From assembly GCA_023213395.1 (NCBI GenBank), contig CM041465.1, forward strand, positions 171,561,741 to 171,625,740: a stretch of 64,000 nucleotides of DNA, read 5' to 3'. Below the pieces are notes generated by a model. That model did not search any database. It was not told where the DNA came from and worked only from the letters and a program-made list of their open reading frames with translations. The translations under genes were made by a program, and so were the position numbers. Each line of letters opens with the position of its first letter. Position 1 is the first letter of the stretch. The stretch is from Cycas panzhihuaensis (lineage: Eukaryota > Plantae > Cycadophyta). Positions 39,372 to 51,692 of the stretch are shown one piece after another.

Positions 39372-40888
39372 ACATAGGTTGAAAAATTTTAATTCTAATC
39401 AATTCTAACTATAGATGTTCTTATGTGTATTTATTAGCCTTGAATAATTACTATTATCTATTACATATGTACATACATTTACATTTTGATATTAGTTACA
39501 TAGATGAAGTAAATTGGGGATAGGTGTAGTTAGTACTTTCACTAACACCTTGAAGATGATTCATATGTAGAGTGATTTAAATTTTTTTAAAACTATATAC
39601 AAATATAAGAGCCATTTAAATGAAAAAGGTGATATTAATTTTTAAATGTAGTTTTGATTTTAAAAACAATTTTGGTCTTCATTGTTAGCATATGCAAGTG
39701 TGAATCTAAAAGCAATTGTTCCATTTATTGTCTTTATTATTGGAAAAGTCCTATATTCATGCAAAATGAAGAATTAAAGTAGAAGAAAATATTTAGTGTA
39801 TCTAAAAGTTGCTTTTAGAATTATTTTGATTTATGGGGCCTTACCCTATTAACATTTAGGGTTAAATATAAACACCTACCACAACTTTGAACAAGCTTAG
39901 ACACATGAAAAATAAAGTTTTTGCACCCTTAAAAGGAACTTGTGCACACTAAGTAGATGTGCTTATTTAGGAAATCAAACCCTCATACCTTAGTCATTAT
40001 GACATAGGTTTCGCATTTTTTGGGCAATATTTTCAAGGATAAGACCATGAAAGGAGAGAGGCAATGATGAATTTTAGAAATAGCAATATATATCTTGGTT
40101 TTGTGTATAAGTTTTTTAAGGAGACATGAACATAAGCATATGAACTTATCTTTACTTGGGACATTTCCACCTTAGTGTACCTCTAGTTATTGTCCTATAT
40201 TGTGCACTTATTATGACTCTCTTACCTATCTTATTTTTAGTATTTATGTACCATTTTCAAGGATTAAATGGAGGAATACAAGAAGTGTCAATAGATTTCA
40301 ATTTAACTTTAAAGGTGATTATAACAGTGCTAATGCACTTGTAGCTTCTTAACCACATACATATGCATGCCATGATTCACTCCTATTTATATCCCATAGC
40401 ACTTTGATTCGTATGTCCATGACTTATGCTTGTATTTTAGCCACATATATTTTCATTATAAATTTGTATGCATATTGGTTTAAATGATATTGTGACAACA
40501 TCATTGAATGACCTTTTCTTTTACATTAAATATGCACATGTGAATTTGGAGGAAAGTAGAACGTTAAAGTCTATGGTCTTCTCCTTTGTGTTGAATATGT
40601 ATTCACTATTGTTTTGAATTTGCTTTGATTATCATTACCACCCAATTAAAATTTCCTCATTATTTCTAGATACCATTTTATTGAGTGCAAGTTGCATTTG
40701 TTTGTCCTCTTTTTTTCTTTGTGTTTCAGTTATTCAACCTAGATTGCTTGTAGTATGGAACACGTTATTTGTACTTACCTTATCACACTACTTGTATTCC
40801 TTAATTACTTAGAATTATTGGGCTAGATTCTTGACCATGTGAATTTAAGATGCATGTATGCATATGAGCTCAAGGGAGATCAAGGCAT

Positions 40889-41027
40889 AAAAGTGTGTGG
40901 CATGTTGCCTTCTTTATATACATAGTTTATATTCCTAGTCCCTTCTCATCCTTGTCATTAAAGTGTGTGGCATGTTGGCTTCTTTATATACATAGTTTAT
41001 ATTCCTAGTCCTTTCTCATCCTTGTCA
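40889..41027 (+). repeat. 70 bp tandem duplication upstream of RLK copy 2
   Basis: aagtgtgtggcatgttg...tctcatccttgtca at 40891 and 40961; single copy at ~7489-7554. Confidence 0.95.
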
Positions 41028-41295
41028 CATATTATAATTGTAGTTGTCAAGTCAATTTTACCTATAGCATGTTGTATCCATGCATCTTCCCTTCTCTAAT
41101 GTTGCTTGACTAATTTAAACCCCATTTAGAAGCATATGTGGCTTACTTAAGTGGTCAAGTTTCTTTTTGGGTCAACCACTCTTTCTCTTCATGGGTATTC
41201 ACACTTGGGATACATTTATCTTTGATTGCCTATATATATGAGTTTGAAGGAGGTTAACCCACACATAGCCCTAAGATTCATTTTCATTTTTGAAG

Positions 41296-43390
41296 ATACA
41301 TCTCTTATTGTTATTTGTTATGTCCTCCCTTAGATTCCTTCTATCATGCTCAACTCTTGCCCAAGCATCTCATTTTAATCCTCATCCCCACCTCAACAAT
41401 GCTATTGATCGACAGTCTCTTTTGGCATTCAAGGCTTCGATCATGCCTGATCCTAACAATGTATTAGGCAATTGAGATTCTGATGTAACCTTCTGCAATT
41501 GGAGAGGCATTTGGTGAAGTTCAAGAAGAGAAAGAGTGGTGGTCATAGATCTCCAAAGCAAGGACTTAAGAGGTACCATCACCCCCTTTTTAAAAAATCT
41601 CTCGTTTTTGCACACTCTACGACTTGGTAATAATAGTTTTTATGGTCCTATTCCACACGAATTAGGAAGCCTCCGCCGGTTAAGAACCCTTTCGTTGCCG
41701 ATAAACGAGTTAGAGGGTCCCATTCCGACGGCACTCGCTAATTGTAGCAAACTGGAAATCTTAGCTCTCTCGTTCAACCAGTTGAGCGGAACCATTCCGC
41801 CTGAGCTATCTCTTCTTACAGGTTTACGGATACCATTCCTCAATCTGCCATTCAAGGGAACCATTCCTCAATCTGCCAGGCTCCTCAATCTGCAATTACT
41901 CTCTCTGTGGAAGAACCAGCTGAGTGGTAGCATTCCGGAGTCTGTGGGCAACTGTACGCAACTCACAAAACTTGCCCTGAACGAGAATCAACTGACAGGT
42001 GCAGTGCCGGTGGCCTTGGGTAAGTTGCATCTTCTTGAACGCCTTTATTTGCATAATAATCGACTTGTCAGCGGTGACGGATTGCCCGTTCTCACGGCAC
42101 TCGCCAATTGCTCCGTCCTCCAAGAAATACATTTGAATTCCAATAATCTCACCGGCGTGTTGCCCCCTTCCATAGGCCGACTGTCTACCAATCTCTCCGT
42201 TTTGCGCCTGCAAATCAATCGCATTGGAGGAAACATTCCTCCGTAGATTGGGAACCTCAAGAGCCTGTACCACCTGGATTTAAGTAGCAATCTCTTCAAC
42301 GGCGCCCTCCCACCAGCACTCAAAGGACTGGTAAACTTGCAAAGATTGCATCTGGACAACAACAGACTGCAAGGAAACATTCCAAGAGAGATCGGTTATC
42401 TGAGTAACCTTGGAGAGTTGTACTTGGGCAATAATAGGATCTCCTGACAAATTCCTTCCTCTGTTGGCGATCTTCAACAACTGAGATACCTTGATCTCCA
42501 TCAAAACCAATTGACAGGAAGGATACCGGAGACTCTCGGAAATTGTTGGCGTATGGAATTGCTAGATCTGTCCTACAACAGATTCAGTGAAGACATACCG
42601 CCAAATGTTGCCAGCCTTCCAAATTTACTTAAATATTTCAATTTGTCGAGCAACTCTTTGCGAGGCTTCTTGCCTTTGGAGATCGGTCAGATGGCAAAGG
42701 TCTTAGCTATAGATATTTCTATGAATCGCTTAGACGGTGCCATTCCGGGCACCCTTGGAGGTTGCTCGGCTCTACAGTACCTCAATCTTTCTCACAATGC
42801 ATTAGAAGGGGGTATGTCTCCAGATTCGTTTCGCCAACTAAGAAGTCTCCAGGACATGGATCTCTCTTTCAATGGCTTGTCCGGAAGAATACCAGAGTCC
42901 TTGGAAACGCTCAATATGCTTGCTCACTTGAACCTCTCTTTCAACAACTTGAGCGGAGAAATCCCAAGAGCAGGGGTGTTTACCAATTTTACCAGTGCAT
43001 CGTTTATAGGAAATCCTGGCCTTTGTGGATCGTGGATACATTTGCCTGCATGTCTCGCTTCTGCTTCCGGGAAACATACAGATTCTGCACACGCAGTTCT
43101 CAAAAGAACAATAGCGTCGGTAGCTGCCGTTGGCGGTCTTATACTGTTCATCTTACTCGTGGGCTTCTTTCGGAGTCGCAATTGGTATCTCAAGCATTTG
43201 GATCTCTCCAAAGGTTTTACGCCAAAACGAGGGCCCCCAAGGATTTCATATCAGGAGCTTCTTACTGCAACTAATGGTTTGGTTTCGACGAGGCCAACTT
43301 GCTAGGAGTTGGTAGCTTTGGGTCTGTCTATAAAGCAATTCTCCTGCCATAAAGGTGTTTCCTTTGCAGAACGAACAGTCTGACAAAAGT
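41296..43390 (+). pseudogene. LRR-XII receptor kinase pseudogene, copy 2 (ectodomain plus TM, kinase deleted)
   Basis: ATG changed to ATA (41296). Stops at 41473, 41515, 42244 and 42445, all in one frame. ~18 LxxLxLxxN repeats including LTALANCSVLQEIHL...GVLPPSIGRLST, then GNPGLCG, TM IASVAAVGGLILFILLVGFF and RISYQELLTATNG. A 5 bp duplication frameshift, then truncation after AIKVF. Confidence 0.95.
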
Positions 43391-46300
43391 AGAAAAAGAC
43401 TTTAAGATGAGTTGGTACTAATTTGTGTGTACATGAATTTGGAGGGGGTGGAAGAAATAATATAAAGAAAAGGGATCCTATGACATTGTCATTTTAGACT
43501 ATTTGTCCATTCATCTTCTATGTTCATTATGCATCTATCTTCCAAATAATAAATTAGTGTAGATTGTTACAGTATGTGAGCGCCGATATGTAGCTCGTAT
43601 ATTCAAAGGCACAATGTATATTGATTTATAAAAGATTTTTGAGCAAAAAGAAAGCATGATTGTGTAGATTTGTGGGATGGGTTATTTTTTGTTTTCTCGT
43701 AAAAATTACATCAATCAAGTCATTCTGAATTAGTTTTTGTTTTTTTTTTGTCTGATAAAAAACGGTCCACAGATATGTAATCATTTTTTTTATTTTTATT
43801 TTTTCAACTATGTGGAGAGTAAATGGGAGGGTTGAGCACCCTCTCCCCATCTCTCCCAAGTCCTCTCGCGTTTATCCACAAGCAACAAATATAATTAAAA
43901 AAAAAACAACACTTTTTTGAGAGTAAGGATGAGAGAAGAGAGGGGAAATGAGTGAGGTAAGAGACAATGCACTCAAATATGGGATGGGACATGGGTACAA
44001 AAGGCTGAGATGACATGATATTAGATGTGATATAAGTATAAAGACAATAAATAATATGTGATTATAATTAACATTAAAAAAATAATATCAAGTATGCATG
44101 TACATGCATACAAATAAATCCACGATAATTATTTGCAATCACAACAATCACCCACTTGATACTAATTTTGGGGATGAAATAAGATTTTAAACTATCAATT
44201 ATTTATAAAAATGATAAAGAATATATAAATAAGCTCTTATGCAATTATTGTTTAAATGCTCAAAGCTATTCTAATAATTAATCAATAATACATAAAATAT
44301 GCTAATAATTATTTTAATACTCAAGTAAAAGTCCTTTTGTCAAAACATCCTAAAAAATAAACTCATGCATGTTCTCTTAATAAGACTTAAAGGCAAGGTA
44401 TACAATAATTTTACAAGAGGCTACCATCATAGCCAAATAAACACAAATCAAACCATAAGAATATTGTAACATCATAAACTTTTCTTCAAAAATTACTTTT
44501 TCACAAGTGAAACTAAAATAATATATGATCTATATGTTGATCATGCTACTTATGTTACTCATGTAGGGGTATGTGTCAAAATTGTAGCTAAAATAACTTT
44601 TAAAAAAACTAAATTTAATATCAATATTTATCACAAGAAAGGTAGGTATAAAAGGCTTCCATTTTTTATAAGAATAGAAGAGTACCCAAAGCTACAATAT
44701 GATATGCTCAATGAAATTTACAATGATGCCATGAATAAAAAGTTAAAGATTCACTAAAAATATAAAATTATATAATTCCTAAAGTAAAACTCAGATTTAT
44801 CGAGGATAAGGGGATGGAGACCCTTCCTCCTCTCCCTTTAATGTCCTAATCTATGTGTTTCTTCTATGAGTCCTAGGACACTTAAGAGCTTGTAGGGATA
44901 GTAGATTCATACTTACACTTCAATGTAGATATTTGATAAGAGTGGAAGATTAGTTGGGAGTGTAGAAATTTTAGCTTGTTTTGATATAACATATTAACAA
45001 ATGTATATGAGTAGAATATGTATTAACCATTAATGTATTCATAAATATATACGCATCAATAATTACATGATCATTCAATAATATAAAGGATAATAAGGGC
45101 ATTCAAAGAGTTAATCATGAAACCATAATATGACACAATGCTTAACATGAAAAGCTTGTGCATGGAAAAAATGACCTCTAAAAATCACGCATAAGATATC
45201 ATATTATATAATAAACTTGACTTTGTTACTTCTTCATATCTACAATGTGAGAAAGAACACAAGAAAAATAGAGGTAGATGGAGTGGTGATGGAGATGAAG
45301 TGTACCAAATAAAGACACACCACAATGAACCTAAATAAAACTAATATTTGATTAACAAAATATAACTTTATAATGCATAAGGTTGTGTGCTTATAGTAGC
45401 ACAAGATCACCCTTAAACCTTAGTTCTTATATTATTTTATTAACCTACCTCTAACTTGACCTATCACCCATTTCCTGTATTATTTAATTAGCATAACACT
45501 AACCTGACTAACCTAACTTAATTCCATGTGAACGCTATTATCCTAACCTAATTTTATATGGTGAGGATCACCATATGCCCTCCCCCCTTAGATGCTTTAC
45601 CTCCAAAGCATCTAAATACATGAATACATATGATTACCACCTCCTGTTATTGCTAGGATGTTTATAGTAGATGTTTCATCCTTCTACCATAATATGAAAA
45701 CTACTATTACACTTGATATTAGAGAAGAATGATGCTTTATATACACTTTTTCTGTTGAATAGGAATATGCATCAAATGAGTGTAGTCCCTTTTATTGGAT
45801 ATTATCATTAAAGAAATGAGGACCCATGGTGTAATAATGTGGGGATCTACAAAATTAGGGATCCAATTGCTCCTACAAGATGGATAAGGATGACACCTCT
45901 ATTTTATACTTAAGCTCTTTTTTAATGCTTACACATTTACACTACATGGTTGAGTGATATCGGTCCTTTAAAAGTTCACCTTGTTTAACATGTAACTCAT
46001 AATTTTCTTCTAAGATGATAAACTCCATGTTGATCACATTGTGATTTAGTGGAGAGCTAAGCAAAGGGATTTCAACATGCTTATTCAAAGTTGATAGAAA
46101 AGAAAAATTTATATCAACCATGGATTTTATTTCCCCAATTTCTTCTTTTTCTTCTTCTTGATTGGTCCTTCCTCTCATAAGGGAACTTTGATTAGAAATG
46201 AGTTCTTTATGTGCTAGTGGAGAGAAAATTTAAGGAGACCTATAGTGTTCAAGATATCATTTATGTACCCACCACTAAAGGTATAATTTTCAGTTATAGA

Positions 46301-46779
46301 ATACCTTAACAAATCTTCTCATACACTGTTAGGTTAACCTCTTTAGAGTATGTGGGTGAGGTTGTATGTTAGTCATCAAAAGTGACAAAACATAAAGACT
46401 AAAATAAAGAAGTTGGGTCATGATATCTATCTATCTATATATACATACATACATACATACATATATACATACATGCATACACACACACACACACACACAC
46501 ATGTATGTATACATATATACATACATATGTATTCATGTACAATATAAATCTTTATGAAATTATAAGATCTAATGGTAAACTTTAATATCTAGTTCAAATA
46601 AAGTGCAAAATATATTACATAATAGCCTAAAATTAAGCCCACAAAATAAGGATTCTTCTAGAATAGATGAAATTGAATTTTGTGTCCATATGGAAAAGAT
46701 ATAGGCAAAACTATAAATATTGGTGCTAAAATTTCAAGATGGCTCTTTTAATTAAGTTTTAGCCCCTTTGAAAAAGTGA

Positions 46780-48909
46780 ACTTGGTCACTCTATCTCATG
46801 CATATGAGCTCTAGTGGACTTCACTTATAAATAAACTAATGTTTAATATTTATAACCTTGCATTATAAATGATAGAGGAAAAAAATTATATTATACTTAT
46901 GCATTGATTAACTAATAAATGATGGTAGACAATGAGGGTTCAAAGATGTATTTTGAGCTCTATAGAAATCAAATTCATTGGAAATTGTAGAAGGGAATGT
47001 ACCTTTACATTTACTTTAATTTCCCATTTAGAAAAATGAATATTGCTACATGTGGAGGGAGATCCATGTTATTAAACATTATATGGGAAATAATCAAGTG
47101 ACTGATTGAGTGGCCACTTCATAGAGATAATGTCTTCGATAAAATTAGATTATATAATTTGATCATTTAATGGTTAATAGCCATAAGAAATATCAATAGC
47201 TTTGGCTTGAATATGGTATTTGAAACTTGCAAAAATCCCTAAATTATATGGAGACAGCAAAACTTTCCTCACTACTTATCAATTATTAATGAAGCCAAAC
47301 TTTACATCACTTGTATAGTGCCTTATTAAAGTAATTTCAAATCTATTGGCCTTTTAATGTGGCTATATACATTTAAAATCTAAAATCTATACACCATACA
47401 CCATTCTTTGTTTAAGCATTCAAACTAGCATAGAATATATTCTCATTCCTCAACCTCATTATAGTCCTCTCTATAACTGTATTTATTGAATTATTTTTTT
47501 TATCATAACATTCATTTAAATAGTTTATATCAATTCCATAAATATAGCAAGTCAATACAAAACATATTCCTCTACCTTTCCTTAAGGTACAGGAGCTTTG
47601 TTATTTCATCTTCCATGAGATCTTCTTCTAGCATTTTCAGAGCTTGAAGCTTAAAATTTTTGAGCTTGAGAATTTTAAGAATATGTATTTACTTGAGGAT
47701 CCAGTCTCCTAAATCTTCCTCTTAAGCATGTTGTTAAGATAAATGGTTGCTTCATATTTTTATTAGAATTTTACTTTCTTTCCTCTTCTATGAGTTGCAT
47801 GGAAAGTAATTGATTAATCATAAGTATAGATAAGTCTTTAATGACTTCTATGGTTGTTGTAATATTCTCAAACTTCTTAGCTTTTGTTACACACCATAGA
47901 ATTTTCTCTACAACTCTTTATTCTAGGACTTGTTCCCTTAGAGCATGTATTTAATTCACTACATCTTTAATTCTAATGATAAAGCCATTGATTAACTCAT
48001 AAGCATATATTCTAAGGCTCTTAAAGTTTCTTCTAGTTGTTTTTAATATTATACTTGTTGTACCATCATAAGCCATTTTAAAAGTATCCCAAACTTGCTT
48101 AGCAATTATTCCACTTGGAAGGCAAGGGTATACTTCTTCTTCTAGATTTGCATAAATAAATTCAGGTGCAAGAGTATTCTTCATTTTATTTTTTGGAGTT
48201 GAAAAACTAAAACCATTTGACACTATGCCTTAAAAACCTATACTAGTTAATGAAATTTGCATACTTATAGACCACCCCAAATAGTTCTTTCCATTATATT
48301 TGGGATAATAAATTTATATGAAGCCATTACAAAAGTTCACCTTAAATGAATATAAGACGAGCCACATAGTCACACAGATATGTTAATAAGATGATAGATA
48401 TCCTATCCTAAATTTTAGGACCTCCTTTTGCCTCTTAATCCTTTATAGGATTTAATATATAAATTATAATAAGTTTCTTAATAAAATACTTTACTATAGC
48501 CTTCTAGGGTTTAAAACTCAATTTCCTTAGAGTTAAGAAATAGATTGAAAGATGATGTAGAGGGCGTAAAAGAAAATATTATCTAGTTACAATGTAGGGA
48601 TTTAATATAAAGGCTCCAATTTGGAATAAAAATTCTCCATGAAAATGGAACCAAAATATAATGACTATTTTTTAGACAAGATTCCAAAATTTAGACTCTT
48701 TAGAAAATGGACTCCTAGAACTTAAGATATTAAAGAAAATACATAGGTACCCCTTTATGAAAAATAAAATTGGGTAGATTAGGGTTTAACCCCTCTCAAT
48801 AATTAGTGGTTGGATATATGACACTATTAAGGACTATGACCTAAAGTCACTAAGAGCTAATAGACTCTGAATAGAATTCTAATCTAGCTTAATTTTTTTT
48901 AAATATTGT

Positions 48910-48948
<39 letters not shown>

Positions 48949-49985
48949 TTAAACATTTCACCTACATGTAAAAAATTCTTCCTCAGTCTGCAAAAAAGTT
49001 AAATAAACTCTATAAATAACAGATCAAATGATATTCTCATAGGTGAGGTTGAGCCACTGATGGATCACTCAGTGTAGATTCCTCATATACTTGTAGTGGG
49101 TATAGATAAGTTACACACCACAGAGACTAAATCTCCATGGAGCAACTTAAGATGACATAATCTCTAAAGGTAGAATGACTATGAAAGATGAATCCAAGGG
49201 CATATGTCTCCACACATAGCAGTGAACCAACATAGTTCCATAGATGATTCACACTAGGATGGTCACATAATATGAATTAAAGGCACCATTTAGATAAGAA
49301 GATATATGTCATATGGAGTATAATAAATATAAATGAATTTAAATGATTTCAAATAAGGAGAATATATTTGAATAGATTCTCAAATAGACTTGGAATAACT
49401 CCATAATTAAATAGAAAATGGCTTCAAAATAAAATTGAACAAACTGTAATAGGTATATCTACCAACATACAAACTAAATAATCTTGTATATGCAACTTAT
49501 GATTTCTTTATCAAAATGGATAACACAAATAACTGAATCTATATAGGCACCTCCTCATAATCAATGAACTAGGGTTTCACCTTAACACTGGTAAACTAGT
49601 AAACCTATAAAATAATAGACTTGTAATATATCTTTCTTTTTATCATAGCTCTAATATTTCACTTGAGCTCTAATACCATGTAGCAAAATGAAATTGATAG
49701 AAATTAATAATGTACAAATAAAAATAAATAAACACTATGATCATAATGGTACCCTTAAAGTACCTTAGATTAACACTAGAATAATATTATAACTTTATTT
49801 AATATGATATATTAAGTATGTATTTATATTACATAACTTGACTATGCATGGGACCAACAACATAATGCCAACATCAGAGAATAATTAATTACACAAATAT
49901 GCATTGCAACTTTGCCTCATGAAATATGAACCAAACTATTTCAATAATATCAACCACTTAGATCATGTGTGAGAATATTTACATC
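46780..49985 (-). mobile_element. Degenerate Ty1/Copia element, copy 2
   Basis: Gag fragment at 47951-48223 and PBS gctctaatacca at 49667-49678; colinear with 13000-16200. Confidence 0.75.
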
Positions 49986-51692
49986 AACTAATCATGTGTC
50001 AACCATTAAGCCACCTAAATTTAATACTACTTGAATATTTTAAAGTTCAATATTCATATGCTCCCTCTTAATGCTTAATTTATAAAACTTCTCAAATGTC
50101 TTTAAAACCATATTAGACCACCTTTTTATCATACCACCTATGAATACCAATAATCAAACTTATCTTCAATATGCTTGTTTTACTACAAGCAAATGTCATA
50201 TTATATTATCTCATCTTACCACCTATAAATCATTAATCAAACATAACAAAAACTTGTTATAACATAAAAAGTTTCTCCTTAAAAAAATATATCTTCTACT
50301 TATAAGTTGCAAAATAAATTGATTAACTAATCAATAAGCCAAATTCACTAATGTCCATATAAAATAACAACCATTTATCAAAATGCATGGTAAAATAACT
50401 TCTATAATTAGTAGTTAACTAAGAAGTATTTCATATATGTGGTTCATCATCTTCTTTAATAATAAACAACATACTTTAAGAATAAGCTAAACTACTTGGA
50501 TAAATAAATATGTTGTAATAAGAGTAGCTTATAATTTTGCATAGATAAATACTTGTAGTTTTCTTTAGTAACCGTCAATAATTTTGCATAGGTAACACTT
50601 GTAGTTTTCTTTAGTAACCAATCTCTCTTAATCGCATCATCAAACCAACAAAACCATAGAGGTATTAACATTATTAAGGAATTTAAAAGTTGTACAATTA
50701 CACTATTATTTTAAGTATCCTAATAAGATAGGTTGGATATGGCAAGATGATGGACATTGTCTATTATACACAGTAAATAGATTTCCTTCCTTTTGCTATA
50801 CTCTAAAAAGGAATTTCTTGGGGATCATACTATAAAGCATAGTGCTATGGTGAATGGACTTTAGTATTATATGGGTGATTTATAAACTCAACATCCATAT
50901 TATTCTTCAAATATGCATATATGTATCATTAGAAATTTGAGGTTGATATCATGTGAGATGAATAGAAAAAAAAAAATATAGTATAAAATACCATATTCAA
51001 ATAATTAAATGATTATATATGTGTGTGTACTTAATAAAGGACTAATAAGAAATAGTTAGAAATACATGAAGATTTGAGAGCTTTAATCACACATATTAAG
51101 AACACTCATATATTCATATATTAAAGGTATTTGCTTGTTTACTCACTTATGAGAAATAATTACATGCATCTAGAAGAATTTATATAAATTTATGTACAAT
51201 AATTTAGAGTACACAACAATACACCACAAAGTAATTAATACATCATTAAGTGGTTACAATGATCACTCACATAATCCATGTATTAAACTTTATCCTCAAC
51301 AATTGACCATAATGTTTTATTCATTGTGATTTATAGAAAATACTTTTTGACTTTGCCAAACAAGTGTGGGACTCCTTCAATTATGCTTCCTTATTTTCTT
51401 CTTAATTTCCATATTAACTCTTCCAATTTAAGGCCCTTAAGCTTCAACATTATTTCTAGATTTTAAGCATGATTTATCAATGTTTATATAAAGAAACAAC
51501 CATCTAGTAGAATATATAGGTAGCCAATCACTACAAATACTAGTTTTTAAGGAAGTTCTTCATATCTATGGTTTATCTACATATATAAATTTTCATGAGT
51601 TATTTATTTATAATCTTTCCATGTATTCACACTTATCATAGTGCATTATAAAAGTAGGCCAAACTACCTAACTAAGCAAATACTAAGCCAAA

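Noticed and set aside
41536-43305. ORFs of 236 aa and 264 aa as intact LRR proteins
   Set aside because: They are same-frame fragments of one gene separated by premature stops, with non-ATG starts and no signal peptide.
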